This document shows, in pieces, positions 7,178 through 15,082 of a stretch of DNA of 21,678 bases. A model generated the notes under the pieces. That model was not told the origin of the DNA, ran no database searches, and saw nothing but the letters and a program-made list of their open reading frames with translations. The translations under genes and the position numbers were made by a program. The DNA comes from Calditrichia bacterium (lineage in GTDB: Bacteria > Calditrichota > Calditrichia > RBG-13-44-9 > J075). Where the stretch lies: contig JBOEGD010000015.1 of NCBI GenBank assembly GCA_050633245.1, forward strand, positions 1-21,678, in the 5' to 3' direction. The first letter of the stretch is position 1; each line of letters opens with the position of its first letter.

Positions 7178-9295
7178 ATGAGCGTGGCTGTTGATCGTTC
7201 TACTTTACATCGAATTTTTATAAGCTATTCTTCGGAAGATTCTGATTTTGCACTTCGATTGCAAGATGAGCTTCAGAAATACCGACCACCCTCCGGATAT
7301 GCCCGGCTCCAGGTGCAGAAAGACGAACCAGACTTTACTGAAACAGATTACTATCAGGTTGTTTCAGAACATTTGCAGCAGTCCGATTTATTAATCGTCA
7401 TTTGCTCGCAATATGCGAAAGTCTCTGAGCCAGTTCAGCAAGCTATTAATCTATTCCTATCCAAACAACCGCCGTCTCGACTGATTTTCGTGCGTTATGC
7501 AGATACATCCACCGGAGTTGTAAGTGACTATGAAACTATGCCGTCGGCCGTCAAAAGCTACTTTGACGGCAATTTCACTGCCGACTTTACCAATATGGAT
7601 CCGGACAGCGGCAAACTCACCCAAATAGAATTCGAATCGTCCTGGTTTGCTCTTTTATCGCGTATCTATGATTTAAGCACGGGCGACTTATATGACTGGG
7701 CCACCGAAAGTGCCAAGAGACGCCGTATTAAACAATTTGCAACAGGTGGGATCGCGGTACTGGCTTTTTTGTCAATTTTAGGAGTCGGTGAATGGACAAA
7801 GCGTGCCGCAGCAGCTGAAGACATTCGCAAAGCACAACTTTTGGAGGCAAAGCGGGTCTACGACCGTAGTGCTTATGCTGCCTCTCAGAATCACCAGCTT
7901 CGCGCCTACTATCTGGGAATTGAAGCTGTTGAAACGGCACCAGATAAAGATAAAGAACAGTTTTTATCTAAACTTCCGGGTGGATTTGCAGCAGAGTTAA
8001 AAATGATTATTCCTGCTAACGCAGACATTCTTGGGGTTCACTTAAATCGGGACCAATCCCGCCTCTATTATCACACCAAGAATAATGATTTCAGGGCGGT
8101 AGACATAAAGACCTCCGAAGAGATTTTCACGTTCCAGGAGAACAACTGGATTACCGGGATGATGCTCGATCAGCGCGAAACCAACCTTTTTACCTGGGGC
8201 CAGGGGAATTCTATTCAGATGCGCGATGCCAATAACGGTAAAGCCGAGGGCCCTGAAATGCGACATCGCGGGGCAGTTATCGGAGCAGCGTTGAATCAAA
8301 AAGGCAATAACATGCTTAGCTGGAGCGCAGATGGAACGGCTAGACTTTGGGACCTTGCAACCCGTAAGCAAATAGGCCAATCGATGAAACATGTCGGCTG
8401 GGTAGTTGGTGCCACATGGCTGGCAAAGGAAGAGCGAATTTTAACCTGGGGCAGCGACAGTACGGCGAAGATTTGGAATGCCAAGAACGGTTCTGCTATT
8501 TCGAGCAAGCTTACTCTGGGTGGTGAAGGAAGCAGCGCCATCGTTTTAAATGACAATGAGAGCGTGCTTATCATCAGCAATAATAATGTCGCATATATCT
8601 GGGATGAGAGTGGCAGACGAACGGCGCGTTCATTCCGTCATGACGGCCCGATCCTCGGAGCCAGAACAACTCGCGACGAGAAGTTGCTTCTCACCTGGAG
8701 CCAGGATCATTCGGCAAGGTTATGGGACTTAAAAACAGGTAAATCGAAGACGCCGCCCATGAAACACGACGGCTGGATATTTGGTGCACGTTTCGATAAT
8801 GCCGAAAAGCGCATCGTTACATGGAGTTTTGATAACTCGCTACGTTTGTGGAATGCAGAAACCGGCAGCCAAATTGGTTCAACTATGCGACATTCTTCCG
8901 GGCCGAAAGGAAGCGATTCCGGGGTTTTTGGCGCAACTTTTATTGATGGTGAAAATGCCATCCTCTCCTGGGGAGACGACAATACTGCTCGCATCTGGAG
9001 TTGTGATAATGCCGAGCAGCTAAACCCAACACTTCAGCATCGCAATGGGCTGGATAACAGAGATGTTAAAGGAGCGTTAATTGCACAAACTCAGGGTCTT
9101 CTCGTTACCTGGAGCAGCGACAGTACGGCCAGAATTTGGCAGCTGAACACACCTCTCAAAGCAACCACCAGACAACCGCTCACCGAAACGCGTCCGCAAA
9201 AAATTCAACGCATGCTTCAAAAACGCAGTGGCACCATATACAACAACAGCACAGGAATAATAAACGCAATTCCCTACGATGAGTGGGTAAAATAA
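7178..9295 (+). CDS. TIR-domain, single-pass membrane, WD40 beta-propeller protein
   Basis: N-terminal IFISYS...LQQSDLLIVICS is TIR-like. KRRRIKQ is followed by the hydrophobic helix FATGGIAVLAFLSILGVGEW, then about 9 WD40 repeats such as MRHRGAVIGA..LSWSADGTARLWD. Confidence 0.87.
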   Translation: MSVAVDRSTLHRIFISYSSEDSDFALRLQDELQKYRPPSGYARLQVQKDEPDFTETDYYQVVSEHLQQSDLLIVICSQYAKVSEPVQQAINLFLSKQPPSRLIFVRYADTSTGVVSDYETMPSAVKSYFDGNFTADFTNMDPDSGKLTQIEFESSWFALLSRIYDLSTGDLYDWATESAKRRRIKQFATGGIAVLAFLSILGVGEWTKRAAAAEDIRKAQLLEAKRVYDRSAYAASQNHQLRAYYLGIEAVETAPDKDKEQFLSKLPGGFAAELKMIIPANADILGVHLNRDQSRLYYHTKNNDFRAVDIKTSEEIFTFQENNWITGMMLDQRETNLFTWGQGNSIQMRDANNGKAEGPEMRHRGAVIGAALNQKGNNMLSWSADGTARLWDLATRKQIGQSMKHVGWVVGATWLAKEERILTWGSDSTAKIWNAKNGSAISSKLTLGGEGSSAIVLNDNESVLIISNNNVAYIWDESGRRTARSFRHDGPILGARTTRDEKLLLTWSQDHSARLWDLKTGKSKTPPMKHDGWIFGARFDNAEKRIVTWSFDNSLRLWNAETGSQIGSTMRHSSGPKGSDSGVFGATFIDGENAILSWGDDNTARIWSCDNAEQLNPTLQHRNGLDNRDVKGALIAQTQGLLVTWSSDSTARIWQLNTPLKATTRQPLTETRPQKIQRMLQKRSGTIYNNSTGIINAIPYDEWVK

Positions 9296-9403
9296 CGCCT
9301 CTTGTTTCCATCCTTGCAACTCACGATTGCCGATTGCTTCTCGCCTCTTGCTTCTTAAGCCCTAAATACCTAGAATACAACGAACCAATTGAAGGGTTAT
9401 CCC

Positions 9404-11113
9404 ATGCTGCGCATTTTTTTTCTTATCATTTCACTGACACTGCCTTTGTTATCCCAAACGACAGAAACCTACTTTCGCATCTCAACAGCAGAAGCCTCCC
9501 TTGAAACGTTGATCGATCGCTGCTCACTAGATGAAGCTCAAGATGGCTTCTATTATGGTTATGCGAATGACGCAGAATGGCAGTGGTTAACGGAGCATTT
9601 TAGTTCGGTTGAGAAGCAGCTGCATCCGGGTTCTCGTTATGACCACCAAATGAGTAGCAGCTACGCCGATCTTAGCAATAACTGGGACACCTTTCCTACC
9701 TACGATGCCTATGTTGCCACGATGCAGCAATATGAAATAGATTTCCCACAACTTTGTCAGCTGGATACCTTTGGCGTGTCTACGCAAGGACGTTTGCTAC
9801 TGGCAATGAAAATCACAGACAATCCGACCGCCGCCGAGGACGAGCCGGAGTTTCTTTACACCTCTACCATGCATGGTGATGAGACGACCGGTTATCCACT
9901 GTCCATCAGACTGATTGACTACTTGTTAAATGGCTATGGCAGTGAGGGCGAGCAAGGCGAACGCATTACAAAGTTGGTAAATAATCTTGAAATTTGGATA
10001 AATCCACTGGCCAATCCCGACGGCACCTATCGCAATGGCAATAATAGCGTAAACGGCGCATGGCGACGTAACGCAAATGGCGTCGATTTGAATCGTGATT
10101 TTCCAGACCGCATTGTTGATCCCAACAACACCACCCAGGGAAGGGAACAGGAAACTGCCGAGATGATGCAGTTTGTAGCGGCGCATAACTTTACGCTTTC
10201 TGCGAACTTTCACGGCGGTGCGCAGGTGGTTAACTACCCATGGGACAACGGCGCGTTAAGCGGCAGCTACTCTGCCTGTCCGGATGACGCATGGTTTATT
10301 GATGTGTCGCGTGTGTATGCGACGCCAAATCAAGACATCATGAACGGTGGCTTTAGCAACGGTATTACCAATGGCTGTCAGTGGTATGCTATTAACGGTG
10401 GACGGCAAGACTGGATATACGTGTGGCATGGTGGACGTGAAACAACGATCGAGCTGTGGAATACCAAGAACCCGCCTGGTTCAGTGCTACCGGAACGCTG
10501 GGAGCAAAACCGCGAGTCATTTCTAGTCTATATGGAAGAAACGTGGAAAGGCATTCGCGGAAGAGTAAAGGACATCACAACGCTACAACCGCTGGCAGCA
10601 GAGATAAATGTTATTGGTTATCCCGATGTGCCGGTTTTTTCCGATGCTGAGGTTGGTAACTTTCACCGCTTGCTTTTACCGGGCAGCTACGACCTTGCCG
10701 TTTCAGCACCCGGCTATATCAGCGACACCCTTTACGCCATTTCGGTAAGTGATACCGGCGCTACGCGCATTAACTGGTCACTTTATCCTCTATTGGTGGG
10801 CACAGGCGATACGCCGGCAAACACATCGATTCCACAAACGGCGGTGCTATTTCAGAATTATCCGAATCCATTTAATCCCAATACAACAATCCGGTTCTCA
10901 CTTCCGGCAAGTGGAGAGGTGCGCATTGCAGCATATACACCACTTGGTGAAATGGTTACGGTCATCTCGCAGGAAAACAGGCAGGCTGGTGCACATCAGG
11001 TTAGCTGGGATGGATTCGACGCATATGGAAACAGTGTGGCTTCGGGAGTGTATTTTTATCGGCTGGAAATGGCAGGGCAGGTGCTGAGCCGAAAGATGAT
11101 ACTGCTGAGATAA
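9404..11113 (+). CDS. Secreted M14 zinc carboxypeptidase (N/E-like) with regulatory-like domain and C-terminal sorting domain
   Basis: Motifs MHGDE (HxxE), NPDG, RRNANGVDLNRDFPD, LSANFHGG, GITNGCQWY..GGRQDW and TIEL. GIRGRVKD..FHRLLLPGSYDLAVSAPGY marks the regulatory-like domain, and the tail is QNYPNPFNP..RKMILLR. The ATG at 9404 starts a signal peptide. Confidence 0.9.
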   Translation: MLRIFFLIISLTLPLLSQTTETYFRISTAEASLETLIDRCSLDEAQDGFYYGYANDAEWQWLTEHFSSVEKQLHPGSRYDHQMSSSYADLSNNWDTFPTYDAYVATMQQYEIDFPQLCQLDTFGVSTQGRLLLAMKITDNPTAAEDEPEFLYTSTMHGDETTGYPLSIRLIDYLLNGYGSEGEQGERITKLVNNLEIWINPLANPDGTYRNGNNSVNGAWRRNANGVDLNRDFPDRIVDPNNTTQGREQETAEMMQFVAAHNFTLSANFHGGAQVVNYPWDNGALSGSYSACPDDAWFIDVSRVYATPNQDIMNGGFSNGITNGCQWYAINGGRQDWIYVWHGGRETTIELWNTKNPPGSVLPERWEQNRESFLVYMEETWKGIRGRVKDITTLQPLAAEINVIGYPDVPVFSDAEVGNFHRLLLPGSYDLAVSAPGYISDTLYAISVSDTGATRINWSLYPLLVGTGDTPANTSIPQTAVLFQNYPNPFNPNTTIRFSLPASGEVRIAAYTPLGEMVTVISQENRQAGAHQVSWDGFDAYGNSVASGVYFYRLEMAGQVLSRKMILLR

Positions 11114-11137
11114 GACAGGGGTCTGTGTCAGGCACAA

Positions 11138-11290
11138 ATTGGCCGCTACGCTTATGGGACGACGGGGTGAATGGGTGACCGGGAGACAAGGCGAAAAGAA
11201 AATGAGCGTCGCTGTGGGACTGATTGGGTGCTTCGCTTATGGGGTGAATCGGTGACAAGGAGTAAAAAAATTGGGCGCTTCGCTTATGGG
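11138..11290 (+). repeat. Irregularly spaced 21-bp direct repeats with G-rich octamer spacers
   Basis: ATTGGCCGCTACGCTTATGGG at 11138-11158, ATTGGGTGCTTCGCTTATGGG at 11223-11243, ATTGGGCGCTTCGCTTATGGG at 11270-11290, and a degenerate copy at 11201-11218. GGGGTGAAT(G/C)GGTGAC occurs at 11164 and 11241. Confidence 0.75.
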
Positions 11291-11344
11291 AAACTACCGA
11301 ATGCCGAATCACTTCTAGCTACTCGCAGATCTGTGCTCGCTCTG

Positions 11345-11367
11345 GCTTCGACTCTGCTCAGCCTGAC
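11345..11367. repeat. REP-like imperfect palindrome (one arm only)
   Basis: GCTTCGACTCTGCTCAGCCTGAC resembles the CTTCGACTCCGCTCAG..TGAC intergenic repeats I recall from Bacteroidota genomes. No partner arm is evident in this window. Confidence 0.45.
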
Positions 11368-11505
11368 GCGGATTCACGATTACCACAGGCGTCTCGATAA
11401 TTAATGTCCAGCGGTGAGACACCCTCGGCCTGACACGGATTCGCGATTACCCCAAAGTCTCAATAATCCGATTGATAATGTCCAGCGTGGAGACGCTCTC
11501 AGCCT
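11357..11505. repeat. Degenerate tandem duplication covering the moxR 3' end and stop codon
   Basis: Unit A (11357-11423) and unit B (11424-11497) share CTC(A/G)GCCTGAC(G/A)CGGATTC(A/G)CGATTACC..GTCTC(G/A)ATAAT..TAATGTCCAGCG..GAGAC. A third CTCAGCCT lies at 11498-11505. Confidence 0.8.
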
Positions 11506-12451
11506 CTGCATTAAAATTGGTAACCACACGATGCCTTAACACCGGCACGGCACAAGCACGCACATCTTCTTCCGACGGCGTAAAGCGGCCATAGAGTGCA
11601 GCTCGGGTTTTTGCTCCGAGAATCAGATACTGCGAGGCACGTGGCCCCGCTCCCCAGCTGACCCATTTATCAACAAAATCCGGGGCAGCAGACGAACCCG
11701 GACGCGTCATATTAACCAGTTTTACCGCATACTCAATAACATTGTCGGCAACGGCGACCTTTCGTAGTACGTCCTGAGCAGCAACGATATCGGCGGCGCT
11801 CATTACCTTGTTCAACTCGGGCTTGTAACTACTGGTTGTTGTCTTAACGATCTTTACTTCTTCTTCAAAAGTCGGATAGTCAATCCACAGGTTGAACATA
11901 AACCTGTCCAGCTGCGCTTCCGGCAAAGGATAGGTTCCTTCCTGCTCAATCGGATTCTGAGTCGCAAGCACAAAAAACGGCTCTTCCAGAATTAAATCAT
12001 CACCACCGGCAGTTACCTTATGTTCCTGCATCGCCTCCAGTAGCGCAGCCTGAGTTTTTGGCGGCGTACGGTTAATCTCATCTGCCAAGACAATATTGGC
12101 AAAAATCGGTCCCTTGATAAAACGGAAGGACTTTTTACCGCTGACACGATCTTCCTCGATAATCTCCGTTCCGGTAATATCACTCGGCATCAGGTCTGGT
12201 GTAAACTGAATACGACTGAACTGCAATTCCAATACTTTCGCTAACGTATTAATCAACAAGGTCTTAGCCAACCCGGGCACGCCGACAATCAAACAGTGTC
12301 CGCCGGAAAGCATGGCGATCAACAGTTCTTCAATGATTTTGTCTTGCCCAACAATAGCCTTATGCACTTCCTCAAGAATGGCCTTGTAATTCACACTAAG
12401 TTTTTCGAATAGTTCGATATCGCGATCGGAGGCGGAGTCTGGCGTCGTCAT
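11447..12451 (-). CDS. moxR: MoxR family AAA+ ATPase
   Basis: Walker [24 protein letters not shown], Walker [23 protein letters not shown], and [22 protein letters not shown]. The ATG at 12451 has an AAGGA RBS. Confidence 0.95.
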   Translation of the reverse strand: MTTPDSASDRDIELFEKLSVNYKAILEEVHKAIVGQDKIIEELLIAMLSGGHCLIVGVPGLAKTLLINTLAKVLELQFSRIQFTPDLMPSDITGTEIIEEDRVSGKKSFRFIKGPIFANIVLADEINRTPPKTQAALLEAMQEHKVTAGGDDLILEEPFFVLATQNPIEQEGTYPLPEAQLDRFMFNLWIDYPTFEEEVKIVKTTTSSYKPELNKVMSAADIVAAQDVLRKVAVADNVIEYAVKLVNMTRPGSSAAPDFVDKWVSWGAGPRASQYLILGAKTRAALYGRFTPSEEDVRACAVPVLRHRVVTNFNAEAESVSTLDIINRIIETLG

Positions 12452-12625
12452 GGTTTTCCTTGTATTATTATTACGAATTGAATATATACGCATGGAACGG
12501 CGATCAGTCAATTCAATTTTTCAGGATTTCAGTATCGGTCGTCCAATAGCATACGCAGAACAGACAAAAGTGTTCACCTGAATAATCACTTGCTGCAGGA
12601 TTAAAAAACGGCTAAGTTTTCGCCC

Positions 12626-13546
12626 ATGATGAGCTCTAAAAGAACGACCAGACTTATTGTTCACGGTGGTGCCTGGGATATTCCCGATGCACTGGTTGAC
12701 GACCACATCAGCGGTGTTCGGTCGGCAATTGAGCAGGTTGCACCTCAGCTTGAGGCGGGAATGAATGCTATTGATGCGGTTGAAGCGGCAGTCAATGTTC
12801 TGGAGGCACATCCGGTATTCGATGCCGGACGTGGTTCGTTTTTAAATGCAGATGGGGAGATTGAGCTAGACGCAATGATTATGAACGGCCGGGATCTCAA
12901 CTTCGGCGCTGTTGCCGCTTTGCAAAACATTCTGCACCCGATAAGTGTCGCAAAGGCTGTTTACACTCATCCCGATCACTGCTTTTTTGTTGGAAGGGGC
13001 GCACAGCGTTTTGCGGCAGATCATGGTTTTCCCGAGCTTAAACCGGAAGAACTGCTAACCGACCGCGAGCTGGAATATTTCCATCAGATTAAGTCTGATC
13101 CGGATTTCAAACCTCATCATCCATTTGAAGAAACGCCTAAGGGCACAGTTGGTGCAGTTGCAATGGACGCTAACGGCAATATTGCTGCTGCAACATCCAC
13201 CGGCGGCACGCCTCGAAAGATGCCCGGCCGGGTTGGTGATACACCGCTAATCGGATCCGGCACCTATGCCGACAATTCCAGCGGCGGCGTTTCCGTTACC
13301 GGCTGGGGTGAAGCAATTATGAAGGTGCTTCTCGCAAAAACAATCTGCGATTCCCTGACCAGTAAAACAGCAGATGCCGCAATTCAAAACGCCTTGAATA
13401 TTTTGAGAACTCGAGTGTCTGGTCTTGCAGGAGCCATTGCGGTAAGCAGAACTGGTGAATATGGCCTTGCCCATAATACACCACGCATGGCCTTTGCCTA
13501 TCAGCAAACAGATGGTGATATTAAGGCTGGAATAAGGCTTACCTAA
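12626..13546 (+). CDS. iaaA: Isoaspartyl peptidase / plant-type L-asparaginase (Ntn hydrolase)
   Basis: Motifs [22 protein letters not shown], the autoprocessing Thr in [29 protein letters not shown] and TGWGE. Confidence 0.92.
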   Translation: MMSSKRTTRLIVHGGAWDIPDALVDDHISGVRSAIEQVAPQLEAGMNAIDAVEAAVNVLEAHPVFDAGRGSFLNADGEIELDAMIMNGRDLNFGAVAALQNILHPISVAKAVYTHPDHCFFVGRGAQRFAADHGFPELKPEELLTDRELEYFHQIKSDPDFKPHHPFEETPKGTVGAVAMDANGNIAAATSTGGTPRKMPGRVGDTPLIGSGTYADNSSGGVSVTGWGEAIMKVLLAKTICDSLTSKTADAAIQNALNILRTRVSGLAGAIAVSRTGEYGLAHNTPRMAFAYQQTDGDIKAGIRLT

Positions 13547-13559
13547 CACAGGATTATTT

Positions 13560-14498
13560 ATGAAAAGAGTATTAGTTACCGGCGGCACCGGATTTATCGG
13601 TTCCTTTCTCTGCGAGAGACTGCTAAATGACGGACATGAAGTCATCTGCATAGACAACTTTTTTTCCAGCAGCAAGTCTAATGTCTTACATTTGATGGAT
13701 AATAATCGCTTTGAATTAATTCGCCACGATGTTACTGAGCCCATTCTGCTGGAAGTAGATCGCATCTATCACTTTGCCTGCCCGGCTTCCCCTGTTCACT
13801 ATCAATTTAATCCCGTGAAAACAATCAAAACGAATGTTATGGGCACCATTAACATGTTGGGAATGGCCAAGCGTGTAAAAGCGCGAATTATGCTTGCTTC
13901 GACCTCTGAAGTTTATGGCGATCCTCAACAACATCCGCAAAAAGAATCGTATTGGGGCAATGTGAATCCCATTGGCATTCGCAGTTGTTATGATGAGGGG
14001 AAACGCGTTGCAGAAACCTTAATGATGGACTATCACCGTCAGAACAATGTAGATATCAAGATTATTCGCATTTTCAATACCTACGGTCCCCGTATGGCTC
14101 CGAATGATGGTCGGGTCGTAAGCAACTTTATTATGCAGGCCCTGCGCAATGAGGATATCACAATTTTTGGCAAAGGTGAGCAAACACGCTCCTTCTGCTA
14201 TGTGGAAGATCTTCTGGAAGGCATTCTACGTATGATGCAGCTGGAAAATTTTCTCGGACCGATAAACCTCGGCAATCCGGATGAATTCACAATATTAGAA
14301 CTCGCGGAGAAGGTCATCGACCTAACCGGCTCAAAGTCGCAATTGCGATATATGCCGCTTCCTCAGGATGATCCAACACAGCGCAAACCAGATATCTCTC
14401 TGGCCAAAAAGAAGCTGGACTGGACTCCAGAAATCAAGCTGGAGGAAGGATTGAAAAAAACTATCGCCTATTTTGAAAAGGTTGTACAACATGATTAA
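13560..14498 (+). CDS. uxs: UDP-glucuronate decarboxylase (UDP-xylose synthase) family SDR
   Basis: Motifs [56 protein letters not shown] (YxxxK), DGRVVSNFI and [10 protein letters not shown]. Confidence 0.93.
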   Translation: MKRVLVTGGTGFIGSFLCERLLNDGHEVICIDNFFSSSKSNVLHLMDNNRFELIRHDVTEPILLEVDRIYHFACPASPVHYQFNPVKTIKTNVMGTINMLGMAKRVKARIMLASTSEVYGDPQQHPQKESYWGNVNPIGIRSCYDEGKRVAETLMMDYHRQNNVDIKIIRIFNTYGPRMAPNDGRVVSNFIMQALRNEDITIFGKGEQTRSFCYVEDLLEGILRMMQLENFLGPINLGNPDEFTILELAEKVIDLTGSKSQLRYMPLPQDDPTQRKPDISLAKKKLDWTPEIKLEEGLKKTIAYFEKVVQHD

Positions 14499-14907
14499 CA
14501 ACGTGCAGGTTACACCTCTCAACACAACGCTTTCGGAAAATGGTTATAACATTCGCGCTTTTGATAGTGCGCAAGACCAGTCAGTGGAACTGCTGCAAAC
14601 GCTTCCCGGAAAGCTCGTTGGCTGGAACGAATTTAACGTCGGCCTTCAGCTGGCATTTTACAGTGGCTTAGCGCGTATTGTCTTGTTTGACGCTCGACGG
14701 GACGCAGAAAGCTATGGCCGACTGCTGGAGCTCTCGGCAGGTAGTCGCAATGCCATCCGTATCAGCGTTCCTGCTGGTGTCGCAATCAGCTGGAAGTGTT
14801 GCGGAAATGAAGACGCGCTTATCCTGCTGCAGCTTCCCCAGAAGGCAAAAGTCAAAACGCATCCCATAGACACCCATCTCATTCCATTCAGCTGGGAAGA
14901 ACACTGA
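14491..14907 (+). CDS. Divergent RmlC-like cupin (dTDP-4-dehydrorhamnose 3,5-epimerase-like fold)
   Basis: The ATG at 14491 overlaps the uxs stop. [49 protein letters not shown] and the C-terminal IPFSW follow the RmlC-like pattern. Confidence 0.65.
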   Translation: MINNVQVTPLNTTLSENGYNIRAFDSAQDQSVELLQTLPGKLVGWNEFNVGLQLAFYSGLARIVLFDARRDAESYGRLLELSAGSRNAIRISVPAGVAISWKCCGNEDALILLQLPQKAKVKTHPIDTHLIPFSWEEH

Positions 14908-15016
14908 TTATTAGCTTGCGCAGTTTCCCAAAAAGCGTAGGGCAATTCAGAAATATGTGATTTTCCGTAAAACTATCGACAAACTTGCTGTCTACTTTTA
15001 ATCGTTATTAACACTG

Positions 15017-15035
15017 CGGGAGGTATTTCCTCCCG
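15017..15035 (+). other. GC-rich hairpin in the wzi leader
   Basis: CGGGAGG-TATTT-CCTCCCG forms a perfect 7-bp stem with no U tract, about 48 nt before the ATG. Confidence 0.5.
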
Positions 15036-15082
15036 AATACATTAAGCTCTTTGAACAATCCTTCAGAAGACCGGAGTATATT

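Noticed and set aside
7178-9295. Thoeris, CBASS or NLR-like (Avs) defence system
   Set aside because: There is no effector, cyclase or STAND NTPase domain in or near the gene, and the neighbours are metabolic genes.
11138-11290. Possible mini CRISPR array
   Set aside because: The repeats are only 21 bp, the spacers are 64 and 26 bp and resemble each other, and there are no cas genes or leader.
11171-11404. 77-aa ORF in the repeat region
   Set aside because: It reads through the repeats, has no clear RBS and shows no recognisable motif.
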